The notes under the pieces: generated by a model | Seen by the model: only the letters and a program-made list of their open reading frames with translations | The model's database searches: none | What the model was told of the DNA's origin: nothing | Sequence record: NC_048674.1 | DNA: 64,000 bases | Direction: 5' to 3' (one strand) | Part shown: piece by piece, positions 18,597-28,903 of the stretch | Position numbering within the stretch: position 1 is the stretch's first letter | Layout of the letters: each line of letters opens with the position of its first letter | Position numbers and translations under genes: made by a program

Positions 18597-18847
18597 GTCG
18601 AGTAAAAATTATTGCAAAATTGAAGAAGATCGAAGAACTTCGCAGTCAAATAGAAGAAATTCGGTCTAAATGCCAACATAACGCGGTTATCCTGAAACTA
18701 GGTTCCAATACCGGAAACTGGGATGGATTTGATTTATATTGGTACGATATCGAGTGTGAAGATTGCTTGAAGACTTGGAGAGAAGACCAAGAAGGTAGTA
18801 ATTACAGTATTTACAATGACCCTCGTGTTGTTAAGGTGATCCGATGA
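18593..18847 (+). CDS. Hypothetical protein with CxH/CxxC
   Basis: KCQH...CEDCLKTW. Confidence 0.55.
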   Translation: MSRVKIIAKLKKIEELRSQIEEIRSKCQHNAVILKLGSNTGNWDGFDLYWYDIECEDCLKTWREDQEGSNYSIYNDPRVVKVIR

Positions 18848-19123
18848 ACCACCGTCTATCCAAATCTCAAAATAGAAATGTGGTTAGTGCTTTCGTCATG
18901 AGTGGTTGTGCGAACAAACAAACTCTTGCTGATTTCATCATATCTCTTGCTAGATCACAAATGTACATGGATTTCACCCATTACAAATATTTTATTGATG
19001 ATTCTATCATCTTTGCAACCGATTCCATGAGCCAATTGGTTACCGGGGTTGGATATGATGAGTTAAAAGAAGAGGTCAGCAAAAAGATTTTTGACCACTC
19101 TAGCGTTTTTGGAAATAAAACTG

Positions 19124-19152
19124 TTGACCCAGTATAAATTTTGATGTAATAT
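19124..19152 (+). promoter_or_regulatory. Sigma70-like early promoter
   Basis: TTGACC-17-TAATAT. Confidence 0.65.
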
Positions 19153-19182
19153 ACTCATATCAACTAACGAGAGGAAATATAG

Positions 19183-19959
19183 ATGTCTTTGATTAAGAGC
19201 CAAGCCCGAGTGATTGTTGAGAAACGGATTGCGGAAGTTGTGGAAATTGCAAAGACACTCTATCCAGAGATGGCTGGTTTTAAGTATACGTTTAAAGAAT
19301 GTACAGGGCGTTGTGCAGGTATCGCTAGTTACACCAATAAAGGATGGAGCGATACAGAGTACACTATCAAGATTAACATCAATTTGATGGTACAAGGGAT
19401 GAAGGAATGGAATCATATTTTCAACAACACGATCCCTCACGAAATTGCACACCTTGTTGATTATGTTACTCGCGGTAAAAGTAACCATGACCGTGTGTGG
19501 GAACGGATTGCTAAATCTCTTGGCTGTGATGGTGTATCCCGTCATAGTCTCCCGGTTGCCGGTCGTGGACGTGTTGTTTACATGGTTCCGGGGTATGGTA
19601 AAGTAACTGTTACAAATAGCACCCATATGGTCATTCAAGGTAAAAATTACGACAAGCCGTTTACTTGTGGTGGTGGGGCCTTTGAGATTAAGAAGGAACA
19701 TCTTCTTTCTGGAACTGTAATGGACTCAATCCCTGACGGATACGGCCATTATCTGGAAGGTGAGACAATCATCGCGAAAAAAGAATCAAAGGTAATGGCT
19801 CCATCTGGAATTATGATGCGAGCACCTACAAAGAAGGCCATCAAAATCTGGGAAAGTGGTTCTAATCGTTGGGGCTCTTTCAATCGTGATTATGGTAAAG
19901 GTCGTCTCGAAACAGTTGAAAACCAGTATAAACTGTGTAGAATGTGGTTTGGAAAATAA
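19183..19959 (+). CDS. SprT-like zinc metalloprotease domain protein
   Basis: GRCAG...IPHEIAH...NHDRVW..IA..LG. Confidence 0.85.
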   Translation: MSLIKSQARVIVEKRIAEVVEIAKTLYPEMAGFKYTFKECTGRCAGIASYTNKGWSDTEYTIKININLMVQGMKEWNHIFNNTIPHEIAHLVDYVTRGKSNHDRVWERIAKSLGCDGVSRHSLPVAGRGRVVYMVPGYGKVTVTNSTHMVIQGKNYDKPFTCGGGAFEIKKEHLLSGTVMDSIPDGYGHYLEGETIIAKKESKVMAPSGIMMRAPTKKAIKIWESGSNRWGSFNRDYGKGRLETVENQYKLCRMWFGK

Positions 19960-20228
19960 GAGGAAATATCTGATGAAAAATGTAAGTTGGAACGAAGCAG
20001 GGCGTTGTGCGGATCGGTTGATGTTGGCATGTAAGCCTCATCTCCAAGGAAAAATCAGTTCTCCGCTGAAAGATATCTACGGAAACAACCTTCCGGGGCT
20101 ATTGAAAGATGTAGTTTATTACAGTTCAGTTTATGGGACACCAGTGTGTTGTGCTATGGACTACGTTGTTGTAATTGATGCATGTAAGATCCTCGATGAG
20201 AAAGGTTTTTTGGAATTGGAGGTTGGAA

Positions 20229-20564
20229 ATGTATGACGCAAAAGATTTACTGACAGAAATTACCATTCGGAACAAGCATAGTACAGATGAGATTGTTGAG
20301 GAAATACTGAATGCTGTAATTCGGGATATGCTCAATCGTCGTTCTCTGATTGGAACCATTAAATATTCGGTGGTGTGTGATTTTATTTCTGCCAGAATTC
20401 CAAAAACAGTTGAATTTGATAAAAACCTTGTATTGGTTGAAATTATCAATCAAGCGAACCTTCGTGGTTTTGATTGTGAATTTGATAACCACAAGGAGTT
20501 GTTTAATTTTGGTGTGAGTGTCGAATCCATCAAAGAATTCACAAAAAACCAAAAGAACAATTGA
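20229..20564 (+). CDS. Hypothetical protein
   Basis: GGAGG SD; coupled to the upstream ORF 19973..20236. Confidence 0.5.
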   Translation: MYDAKDLLTEITIRNKHSTDEIVEEILNAVIRDMLNRRSLIGTIKYSVVCDFISARIPKTVEFDKNLVLVEIINQANLRGFDCEFDNHKELFNFGVSVESIKEFTKNQKNN

Positions 20565-20600
20565 CTTCAATTTCGGGGTATGAGATTATACCCCTATCAA
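20561..20600 (+). promoter_or_regulatory. Early promoter overlapping an inverted repeat
   Basis: TTGACT-17-GATTAT; GGGGTAT/ATACCCC IR spans the -10. Confidence 0.65.
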
Positions 20601-20619
20601 AACAAAAGAGAGAAATAAT

Positions 20620-21135
20620 ATGAGCTTTACCACTTCTGATTTTTGCAAAGCCTACGGTTGGAACGAACAAGAAGTTACCATGAAACTCTCTGGTGATTTT
20701 CTTCACAAACCTACAGGTACGATCCTTGGTAATTTGTTTGATCTCAAAATCGACGTAGAAAACCGACTGAAAAAATTCGAACGTCAGGCCAAAAAAGCAC
20801 AGCGAGAAGCAGAACTAAATGACCTTGTTCCTGCGGCCATCGACATTCTTCAAAACTCTCTCTCGGAGGCGAAGGTATGGAAAAACAAAACCATGCCGAA
20901 CGTCATCCTCAACGAAATCCATTTCTATATTGTCCTTGGTAAGAGTCTGGATTCTGACGTTATCGTTCGCTTCCATCACCCAGACATGACCGGTGAACAG
21001 GTAGCACGTTACACCGGAATGAAGGTCAAATATGAAACAGGCCGTGAGAATAACTGCATCATCTCAGGTCTGAACATTGAGAAGGCTGCAAGCGTAATCG
21101 AAAAGGTTGCTATGATGACAGGTGACGCAGAATGA
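20620..21135 (+). CDS. alc: Alc-like inhibitor of host transcription
   Basis: LKID...DLVPAA...NKTMPNVILNEIHFYIV...HP...IISGL aligns by eye with recalled T4 Alc (LKKD...DMLPDA...NQTQPNVHINNCKCYII...NP...LINGL); similar length. Confidence 0.7.
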   Translation: MSFTTSDFCKAYGWNEQEVTMKLSGDFLHKPTGTILGNLFDLKIDVENRLKKFERQAKKAQREAELNDLVPAAIDILQNSLSEAKVWKNKTMPNVILNEIHFYIVLGKSLDSDVIVRFHHPDMTGEQVARYTGMKVKYETGRENNCIISGLNIEKAASVIEKVAMMTGDAE

Positions 21136-21509
21136 CTAAAACTAAAAATTTCTCTTTGCATGGCGACCCTTGTAAATTTTATGTGTATAGTTACAAATTA
21201 TGTTCTTATACAAAATGGATTATTGGTCAATCAAATCTATACAATTTTATTACAAATAAGAATAAAAATAGTGAGTTTGATAAAGAATGTGAAAAGATGT
21301 TCGAACGTAGTGAGACGGCGTAGCCGCCTGTTCGCTTCGCTCACTATANNTANTTATAGANNTTCTATATAANTANTNATNGANANTTNANACTAAAAAG
21401 ATTTGACTTCTAAATTCATGTGTGGCTAAATAATACTTTGGGCTTTGCTTGTTTTTAGATGAGTGTTAGAAAGTCCACAATTCACCCCTTCCACTAAAAA
21501 GGATCGAAG

Positions 21510-22037
21510 ATGAAAAGTGGTAGTATATTAGTAGGGATCCTCCTACTTCTAACGTCGATATCGGCAAATGCTGTTATGTATGAAAACCGTGAACTAACGG
21601 ATAATCAGATTTATACAATTCAGCGAGCTTATGAGCTGGGAGAGTCTTCCGGTTATGGGCTTACACTGGCTGCAATCGCTCTTACCGAGAGTCGTGCAGG
21701 TAAATTTTTAATCAACAATCGTACTGGTGATTATGGTGTGTTCCAGAACAACCTGAAATATACAGTTAAACGAGTTGAACAGCTAACTGGCGCTAAGATG
21801 GGTTGGAGACAACAGCGAAAGCTAAGGTACGAACTCATTAACAGTATGGAGAGTTCCGCAAACTATGCGCTTATGGAGCTTGAGTACTGGAAGAAAATCC
21901 GAAATGGCGACTGGAAAATGGTTGTTAAAAGCTATAACGCTGGATACAACCCAAACAGTGCTGATGGGATTGAGTATTACGAACGGATCGCAAAAAACAT
22001 CAAGTTTTTACGATCTTGTGGTTGCTATCGTCAGTGA
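21510..22037 (+). CDS. SLT-type lytic transglycosylase with signal peptide (T4 vs.1-like)
   Basis: Hydrophobic N-terminus, catalytic AIALTES, GVFQ, SYNAG. Confidence 0.82.
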   Translation: MKSGSILVGILLLLTSISANAVMYENRELTDNQIYTIQRAYELGESSGYGLTLAAIALTESRAGKFLINNRTGDYGVFQNNLKYTVKRVEQLTGAKMGWRQQRKLRYELINSMESSANYALMELEYWKKIRNGDWKMVVKSYNAGYNPNSADGIEYYERIAKNIKFLRSCGCYRQ

Positions 22038-22049
22038 TATGAGTATAAT

Positions 22050-22085
22050 AGGTCTTGTCCTTCGGGATGAGACCTTTTTCTTTTT
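22050..22085 (+). terminator. Intrinsic terminator (UUCG loop)
   Basis: AGGTCTTGTCC-TTCG-GGATGAGACCTTTTT. Confidence 0.8.
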
Positions 22086-22099
22086 GGAGACTAGAAAAC

Positions 22100-22207
22100 A
22101 TGAGCGAACTAATTACTATATCAGTACTTACTATTGGTGGTCTTGTGTGGTATGGTTCCTGTGTTCTGGCTGCAAAAGTTCTGTCTGGTGATTTTGATAA
22201 GGAATAA
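22100..22207 (+). CDS. 35-aa single-pass membrane microprotein (not in ORF track)
   Basis: MSELITISVLTIGGLVWYGSCVLAAKVLSGDFDKE; GGAG SD. Confidence 0.5.
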   Translation: MSELITISVLTIGGLVWYGSCVLAAKVLSGDFDKE

Positions 22208-22211
22208 TGAT

Positions 22212-22550
22212 ATGGTTCGTCGTGAAATGAAAATTCAGAATGTATATGTATGCCGTTTGATTCGTTCTATTCAGATGGGTATCGCCGTTAGTGGGTCTTC
22301 ATATATCGACAAATTCCTTTATGAGTTATACGGCCATAAGGACTGGGATGGATTGGATGTATCATGGACTCAATACTTTGTATCCAAGATGGACGAAGTG
22401 GTTAGTGAACTTCAGCGTGGTACTAAGGTATGTTGGGAAGATTCAGATCTGTTCGCCTTAATCGCTAAGAAAGATCCTATGTTTTGGGATTCTATTGGTG
22501 TCCCGATGAAAACATGTGAAGATATTCGTTATCAGACTATAGGAGAGTAA
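22212..22550 (+). CDS. Hypothetical protein
   Basis: Internal ATG of the track ORF. Confidence 0.5.
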   Translation: MVRREMKIQNVYVCRLIRSIQMGIAVSGSSYIDKFLYELYGHKDWDGLDVSWTQYFVSKMDEVVSELQRGTKVCWEDSDLFALIAKKDPMFWDSIGVPMKTCEDIRYQTIGE

Positions 22551-22553
22551 ATC

Positions 22554-22814
22554 ATGGCTAAGTGGTATGATGATAGTGGGATCCGTAAAGTTCGCTATGT
22601 AGTTGTTAACGAGTATGCCATTGGGTACATCTACGAAGAAGATCAGAATACAGTAGGTATTCTCCGAGGATCTCTTCTCCGGGGTTATCCTTCTCTGTCC
22701 GAAGAACCAATCTCTACTTTCGGAAAAGAAATCCGGGATGCTACCCTTGAAGATTTTGAAATCTATCGTGTGATGGTGCCAAAATTTGTTGTTGACCAAA
22801 TTAATGTAATGTGA
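22554..22814 (+). CDS. Hypothetical protein
   Basis: GGAG SD. Confidence 0.55.
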   Translation: MAKWYDDSGIRKVRYVVVNEYAIGYIYEEDQNTVGILRGSLLRGYPSLSEEPISTFGKEIRDATLEDFEIYRVMVPKFVVDQINVM

Positions 22815-23103
22815 TTTAATAAATTTAAATCAAAAAGGAGATAATTATGATATTTAAAATTGGTCAGTCTTATAAAATCGTTTCTATGTTTGGTGTTGCT
22901 GTTGAGCACATGGATTGTCTTAACGACGTCATTGTCTGTACAGACTTCGACGAAGACTCTGGAGTTGCTTGGTTCGATGGACTGATGTGGACAAACTTCG
23001 GGGACCGTGGGAATTATATTCTTGCGATGAGTGATGAGGGTATCGAAAACTTCGGAACTGATTATGGAAGTTTCCTCTCCAACGTTCTGGAAGAGGTGAA
23101 GTA

Positions 23104-23361
23104 ATGGCTGTTGGGTTTGGTGGTTGCGATAACCATTTGGAAACTATTGAATCCACAATCAACAATGGAATTGACTTTGCTCGTTCTCAATTTCACAAAG
23201 GGATGTCGTCCGAATTTTGTGAAGAATGTGGAGATAGGATCCCGGAAGGGAGAAGGAAAATAATGGTTGTTCATTTTTGTGTTAAATGTCAAAGTGACCT
23301 AGACAAAAAGATGAAACCATTATATAATCGTCGTGGAAGTAAAGATTCTCAACTTAGATAG
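23104..23361 (+). CDS. TraR/DksA C4-type zinc finger protein
   Basis: CEECGDRIPEGRR...CVKCQ; N-terminal acidic residues. Confidence 0.88.
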   Translation: MAVGFGGCDNHLETIESTINNGIDFARSQFHKGMSSEFCEECGDRIPEGRRKIMVVHFCVKCQSDLDKKMKPLYNRRGSKDSQLR

Positions 23362-23371
23362 GAGAAACGAT

Positions 23372-23674
23372 ATGTTTTACGCACTTCGTAAGAAAGGGAC
23401 TAAAGGAATTTTCGTTGGTATCCATACCGTAGGTTCACAGGGTGATTTTCAAAATGGTGTTCAAGCATGTTTCTCTCTGGAGTGTTACATACCGTTTATT
23501 ACAAACCGTGTAGGGTATCTGGAACGTGTTCTTTCTGGTGAACATGATGTACCTTGGTACAACTCAGAACCACAAAATCCAGAACTTGAAGAATACTATA
23601 AAACAGGTAAAGGGTATGAAGCCCTTCAAGAGTACGAAATTGTTGAACTTGGTGTAATTGATGAAATTTGTTGA
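23372..23674 (+). CDS. Hypothetical protein (paralog of 60948..61211)
   Basis: MFYALRKKGT...EYEIVEL vs MFALAHKET...EYEIVVL. Confidence 0.55.
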   Translation: MFYALRKKGTKGIFVGIHTVGSQGDFQNGVQACFSLECYIPFITNRVGYLERVLSGEHDVPWYNSEPQNPELEEYYKTGKGYEALQEYEIVELGVIDEIC

Positions 23675-23920
23675 TCTCGTTTTGCCTTTGTGAGATAATG
23701 TTTTTGTTGAAACAAAGGGGGATTTCATGAAACCTTTCAAAAACCAAGAGACCGAAAACTTCTGTCAGAAAGTTGCAGAAGTGTATCAATCTGATACAAT
23801 CGAAGCTAATATTATGTTTGAGAATTACATTTCTGAACATGGTAAAAATATGATGCGATGGGAAATGATCGCCATGAAAGATCGTATCAATTTCATCATT
23901 AAACACTATTAAGGAAAAAT

Positions 23921-24835
23921 ATGAACGCATATATCACTATCGGTGCTAGTTCGAGTGGAAAAAGTACTTGGGCTGAAATGATGGTCAAAAAGTCACAAGG
24001 TAAGATGGTTAATATCAACCGTGACGATACTCGTCGTAGTCTGTTCCAGATCAAGAGCTGGAAGGGTTATAACTTCGGGAAAGACCGTGAGGCTCTGGTT
24101 ACTGATGTTAACTGGCGCAAGGTTCTTGCTGCACACGAGGCCGGAAAACAAGTTGTTATCTCTGATACAAACCTGAATGAAAAGTTTCGTAAGGTTATGA
24201 TCGGTCAACTTAAGGAACTGGGGTATAATGTGACGCTGGTTTGGTTTCCTGTTCCGATGGAAGAACTGAAACGCCGTAATTCCACTCGTGGTGGTTGGTC
24301 TGTAAATGATTCCGTTCTGGATCGTATGGTTACCCAGTTTGATGACCAATTCCATCGTTATGAGGTTTATGGTGGAATTGTTGTTGATTATGAACCAAAG
24401 GTAACATATACTCCTGATGAATCTCTTCCGATGGCAGTTATCTTTGATGTTGATGGTACTATAGCAGAAAAGAATGACCGAGATCCGTTTGATTGGGCTC
24501 GTGTCAAGGAAGATACTCCACGCCACACTGTTATCCAATATGCACAACTTCTGAAATACCGTGGTTATGTTATCATCGTTGCTTCTGGTCGTGATGGTGT
24601 ATGTATGAAGGATACTTATGACTGGTGTGTTAAGCATGGTATGCCTATCGACGTTCATATCCAACGTAAACCGGGGGATCAACGTTCGGATAAAGTCATC
24701 AAAGAAGAACTTTTCTGGGAGCATATCGCACCATACTATAACGTAACCCATTGCGTTGATGACCGAGATCAAGTTGTTAAAATGTGGCGCGACCTTGGTA
24801 TCGAATGTTTTCAGGTTCAACCCGGAGACTTTTAG
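23921..24835 (+). CDS. pseT: Polynucleotide 5'-kinase/3'-phosphatase
   Basis: GASSSGKSTW, INRDD.R, SDTNLN; HAD phosphatase FDVDGT, SGR, DDRDQVV.MWR. Confidence 0.96.
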   Translation: MNAYITIGASSSGKSTWAEMMVKKSQGKMVNINRDDTRRSLFQIKSWKGYNFGKDREALVTDVNWRKVLAAHEAGKQVVISDTNLNEKFRKVMIGQLKELGYNVTLVWFPVPMEELKRRNSTRGGWSVNDSVLDRMVTQFDDQFHRYEVYGGIVVDYEPKVTYTPDESLPMAVIFDVDGTIAEKNDRDPFDWARVKEDTPRHTVIQYAQLLKYRGYVIIVASGRDGVCMKDTYDWCVKHGMPIDVHIQRKPGDQRSDKVIKEELFWEHIAPYYNVTHCVDDRDQVVKMWRDLGIECFQVQPGDF

Positions 24836-25035
24836 TATGAACTGGTTTACAAAAAAGAGAAAATCTAAAGGGGAACGCCTGAAAGCTCAGGCTACCCACA
24901 CTGATGATTTTGGTGCATTATACAAGTATGTAAACGGTCGTCTATTTCATTTTAGACGACATCCCTGCTGGGATGACATTTGTGTTTGGGGAATTATTAA
25001 CCTCCCCGAAAACCACAAGATCTATAAGAGGTAAT

Positions 25036-25587
25036 ATGGTAAAATATCTTCTTTTATGTCTTTTAATCTCTACTCCTTTACATTCAGAGGTTTTAGATAC
25101 TCAGAGGGTATGGAGAGAACACATCATAAATGATGCTGCTTCGTTGAAAGAACGTCATTTGGTTGGTTCATTCCAACATCCAGATTACGAAGATGATATC
25201 GACCTTCCGTATATGCTTCATATAGGCTCTATACAGGCCCATAGGGCATTTTATCTTAATCTGACAACCATGAAGACAGACATACACCCGAAAGCTCCTA
25301 TAACCGTTTCTATTGGCGATAACGAAGCAACTTATAGTTCTCAGAACTCAAGTTTTAAAGGGGTTGCTTCCACAATAAGAAATTCGGACTCTTCCATTGC
25401 GTTGAAGCTTTTTTCTTACGATGAACTGTATGGATGTACAGGATCTTATAGAATGCTATGGGAATCGGATTATATTTCTGTACGGTATGTTACGCCTGCA
25501 CTAGAACATAGGTCATTAACGTTAGATCTGAAAGGTCTCATTGAGACTATGGAGTATGTCTATGGGATCCCAGAAACGTGTAAATAA
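25036..25587 (+). CDS. Hypothetical exported protein
   Basis: MVKYLLLCLLISTPLHS signal-peptide-like N-terminus; GAGG SD. Confidence 0.55.
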   Translation: MVKYLLLCLLISTPLHSEVLDTQRVWREHIINDAASLKERHLVGSFQHPDYEDDIDLPYMLHIGSIQAHRAFYLNLTTMKTDIHPKAPITVSIGDNEATYSSQNSSFKGVASTIRNSDSSIALKLFSYDELYGCTGSYRMLWESDYISVRYVTPALEHRSLTLDLKGLIETMEYVYGIPETCK

Positions 25588-26156
25588 TTAAATGGTGGTC
25601 AATGATGTGATATGATCACCAGTGAAATAGGAGATTAATCATGTTTGCATTGACATTTTCTGACGAATCAGGAAAAACACATTTAATTTTTCAAAATGAA
25701 CAGGCTCTGCTCTTTAAGTCAAAAAAAGAAGCAGAGGATTACGAGAGAGATATATTTGTTCCTTATTTGGAAACTTCCATCGAGAAAGGGGTGTTGGTTA
25801 AGAAACGCCCAATTCTTGGTGATGTTTATAAACCATTATCTCAAGAAGAAATCCGAAAGATGTATCAGATTGGAAGTACCATTCGTGTGCTTGAAGTCAA
25901 AGATCTAAAATATAAGAAGTGAGAATTTTGATATGAGTTTTGAAAACGATGTTAAAGAACTAATTCGACGGTTTGATAATTCAGTTCCTCCCCCTTTTCG
26001 AGTTGGGGTTATGAAGAAATCAGACACGGTTTTTGAGATTGCAGTTGTCGATCCTTTCGGTCAGCCTATCCAAATCTTTACCGTTTATGAGTATAAAGAT
26101 AAGGTTTATTATTGTCATGGACAACAATATAAATCACCAGAAAAGGATATCAACTA

Positions 26157-26681
26157 ATGAAGATTAAAACTCTGGTTACCATGGCATTGGCTGTGAGTAA
26201 TGAAAGTAAATGCCCTAGCCATAAGGTTGGAACCGTTATCGTTAAAGATGGTCGGGTTATTTCTACCGGGTATAATGGTACTCGTGCTGGTGGTATTAAT
26301 CCTGATGAACATGCTATTAATATGAAATGGGCTGGGTTCCAACGTGGAATGGTGCGCCTTTATCCAGAACACGAAGAGGAATATAGTAACTGGGCTAATA
26401 TCCATGTTGTTCATAGTGAGATGAACGCCCTTCTATATGCAGCCAGAGCTGGTCAGTCGGTTGATGGTGCTACTCTGGTAACATCCCTTAGCCCTTGTTC
26501 AAATTGTGCAAAACACATGGCGGCTGCTGGGATCAAGAAAGTAATTTATCATACCCGTTATAGTAAATCTCCCGATGGTTGGGAAAAGGTACTTGAGGAT
26601 CAGGGTATAGAAGTGGTCCATTGTGGAGATGTAATTGATTTTAACAATTATGCGGTTCGCGTAGACCGTATTAAAAAGTGA
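26157..26681 (+). CDS. cd: dCMP deaminase
   Basis: KVGTVIV, TGYNG, HSEMNA, PCSNC. Confidence 0.96.
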   Translation: MKIKTLVTMALAVSNESKCPSHKVGTVIVKDGRVISTGYNGTRAGGINPDEHAINMKWAGFQRGMVRLYPEHEEEYSNWANIHVVHSEMNALLYAARAGQSVDGATLVTSLSPCSNCAKHMAAAGIKKVIYHTRYSKSPDGWEKVLEDQGIEVVHCGDVIDFNNYAVRVDRIKK

Positions 26682-26692
26682 GAGATGATAAA

Positions 26693-27097
26693 ATGAGTGA
26701 TTCTATTATGCGACAGGCTCTAGTTGAACAAGAACCCCGTAGTTATGAAAACCTAACTGATGAACAGAAAGTTTTCTTCAAATCTGTTGTTGAGGAAGTT
26801 CTTCATTCGGGGGTCGTTGATTTGGTTTTTGAGAAGGTTGATGGTACTATCCGTAGTGGTAACGCAACTTTGGATACTGAGGTAATTGTAGAAGCTATTG
26901 GTCAACCTACCGAAGGTAGTTCCGAATCCAAACCTCGTAAAGTAAATCCAGATGTTGTTCGCTTCTTTGATGTGGACAAGGGTGCATTTCGGACATTTAA
27001 ACTTAGCAATTTGATTCAAGTTGGATTTACCACTGTTGGTGATATTCATCATATGGTCGATGCTATGAGTTTGGGTGTGGTTGATATTGATGTTTAA
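26693..27097 (+). CDS. 31.1: T4 gp31.1-like (SH3/WYL-like) protein
   Basis: VFEKVDGTIR...FFDVDKGAFRTFKLSNLI matches recalled gp31.1; position between cd and 31. Confidence 0.75.
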   Translation: MSDSIMRQALVEQEPRSYENLTDEQKVFFKSVVEEVLHSGVVDLVFEKVDGTIRSGNATLDTEVIVEAIGQPTEGSSESKPRKVNPDVVRFFDVDKGAFRTFKLSNLIQVGFTTVGDIHHMVDAMSLGVVDIDV

Positions 27098-27386
27098 AAT
27101 TGAAGTTCAACCAAGTCGAGAACTGTGTTATCATGATTTCGTTGATATGTTTGAAGGAGAGGTGCTAAGTGTACCCACCCTTCATAAAATGAACTTAGTT
27201 ATTAGTGAAATAGAACACAGAAATATTTGTAGGACGGGTCATTCATATACAAAAGATTATATGGTTATCGATCAAGACCTATTTTTGATGAAACGGTATT
27301 TTAATGAAATCTCATACAAATTATTAAATGGATACCAATAACATGCTATACTCGTTGTATATAAACCAATAAAAAGAGAAAACGAA

Positions 27387-27764
27387 ATGCAACAAAAAAT
27401 CGACCAAAGTAAACTTGGATTTAAAGCTATGGGTGATCATCTCATCCTGCGATGTGAAGCCGCTCGGGCGGGGGAAGAAGAAAAATCGTCTGCTGGTATT
27501 GTTCTTGCTACGGCAACCCAAAACAAGCAAGGTGGTATTCCTACCCATGGTGTCATCGTCTCTGTTGGTGGTAATTGCCCTAAAGACTTCAATGAAATGA
27601 TTGGTGCCGAGGTTGCCCTACCAACTACCGGTAATTTCGCTAAATTCTGGGATCCTCGTGTAATTCGAAAAGAATTGAAAGAAGATAGCGGAAAAGATAT
27701 CATCTATGTTACCTGTCATCATCTGGCTGTGCGTGGTGTTTACACTCACACNGATAAAGAATAA
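27387..27764 (+). CDS. 31: GroES-like co-chaperonin gp31
   Basis: KAMGDHLIL, EEEKSSAGIVL mobile loop, GVIVSVG. Confidence 0.88.
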   Translation: MQQKIDQSKLGFKAMGDHLILRCEAARAGEEEKSSAGIVLATATQNKQGGIPTHGVIVSVGGNCPKDFNEMIGAEVALPTTGNFAKFWDPRVIRKELKEDSGKDIIYVTCHHLAVRGVYTHXDKE

Positions 27765-27878
27765 TGGAAACTTNTTGCATCTTTCAATGGATTAAAGAAA
27801 ATCCAGAAGAATACCAAAAGATCTTGACAGAAGAAATTGATAAAGAAATCATCGAAAATTTAAAAAAGGAAATACAAA

Positions 27879-28094
27879 ATGGCAAAGCAAAAGAAAGCAG
27901 TACAAAAAGTTGAAGAGAAGAAACTGACCGGTCGTCAGGGTTATAAGCGCAAATCAAACGGTCGTGTTGACCAGTTCGGTGATGCACTCCGGGCTCGTGT
28001 TCGTCGGGCTATGAAAGCAGAAGCGTTTGCTTCCAAGTCCCTTTCCCACGGCACTCGCGATGAAGCTACCCAAGCTTCAACATTCAAGTTTTAA
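27879..28094 (+). CDS. 30.9: Basic protein gp30.9-like
   Basis: MAKQKKAV...GYKRKSNGRVDQ...RARVR matches recalled T4 30.9. Confidence 0.8.
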   Translation: MAKQKKAVQKVEEKKLTGRQGYKRKSNGRVDQFGDALRARVRRAMKAEAFASKSLSHGTRDEATQASTFKF

Positions 28095-28097
28095 AAG

Positions 28098-28120
28098 AAA
28101 GCCCCTGATTGGGGCTTTTT
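28098..28120 (+). terminator. Intrinsic terminator
   Basis: AAAGCCCC-TGATT-GGGGCTTTTT. Confidence 0.8.
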
Positions 28121-28675
28121 GCTATTGACATCATAAAAAATCCAAGTAAAATAGGCCATGACAACTGAGGGGATTATTTTGTATGTCTGAAAATAAAAGG
28201 TTTACTGTAGTTAGAGTTTTGTGGAACAGATACAATGAACCGGTTGGTGTTATAGACTTAGGTCTACAACCAATGACAGAAAAAGAATCTTATACTTTTA
28301 GAAGTAAAATGATGGATCCATCAAATTACAAAGTAATCAAAATTATTACCTAGGAGAACGTTATGAAGGTTGTTGTTACCCGCGAACAGTTTATCAAAGC
28401 CCATCTGAATTATGTGAATAGTAAAGAAAGGGATGAACTTGATAAACTTCTTGGTTTCCCTGTGAGTATTTCTACTGCAAATCAACTTTTCTTGGACATC
28501 AATACCTTGTTTGTTTTTGATATCAAACATGTAGAAATAGACTTTGTTGATTTCGCTTACTTGGCCCCTTTCTGGCCCAAGAAAAAGAATTGAAAAACCT
28601 GTTGCAATCCGTGTTTGGTTTTGAGATACTAATCCCGTAGACAGAAAAGACATTCGAAACATTGGGAGATTTATT

Positions 28676-28903
28676 ATGACTACTATGACTGTTCAATTCG
28701 TATTTGGTACTCGTTCTGCTGCTCGTTCTGTGTCCTTCGGTAAAATGACCGACAACGGTAAAGATTCCACTAATCGTTGGGGTCGGTCCGTCACTGTTAA
28801 TGTAGAAAAGAAAACTCCGATGACCCTCACCCGTACTGGTCGTCGTGGTCCTTCCACCCAGACCACCGTGGTTGTTAAGAAAATGAAAACCATGGTTCGC
28901 TAA
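28676..28903 (+). CDS. Small very basic Thr-rich protein
   Basis: GGGAG SD; highly-expressed-type codons (CGT, GGT, ACT/ACC). Confidence 0.6.
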   Translation: MTTMTVQFVFGTRSAARSVSFGKMTDNGKDSTNRWGRSVTVNVEKKTPMTLTRTGRRGPSTQTTVVVKKMKTMVR

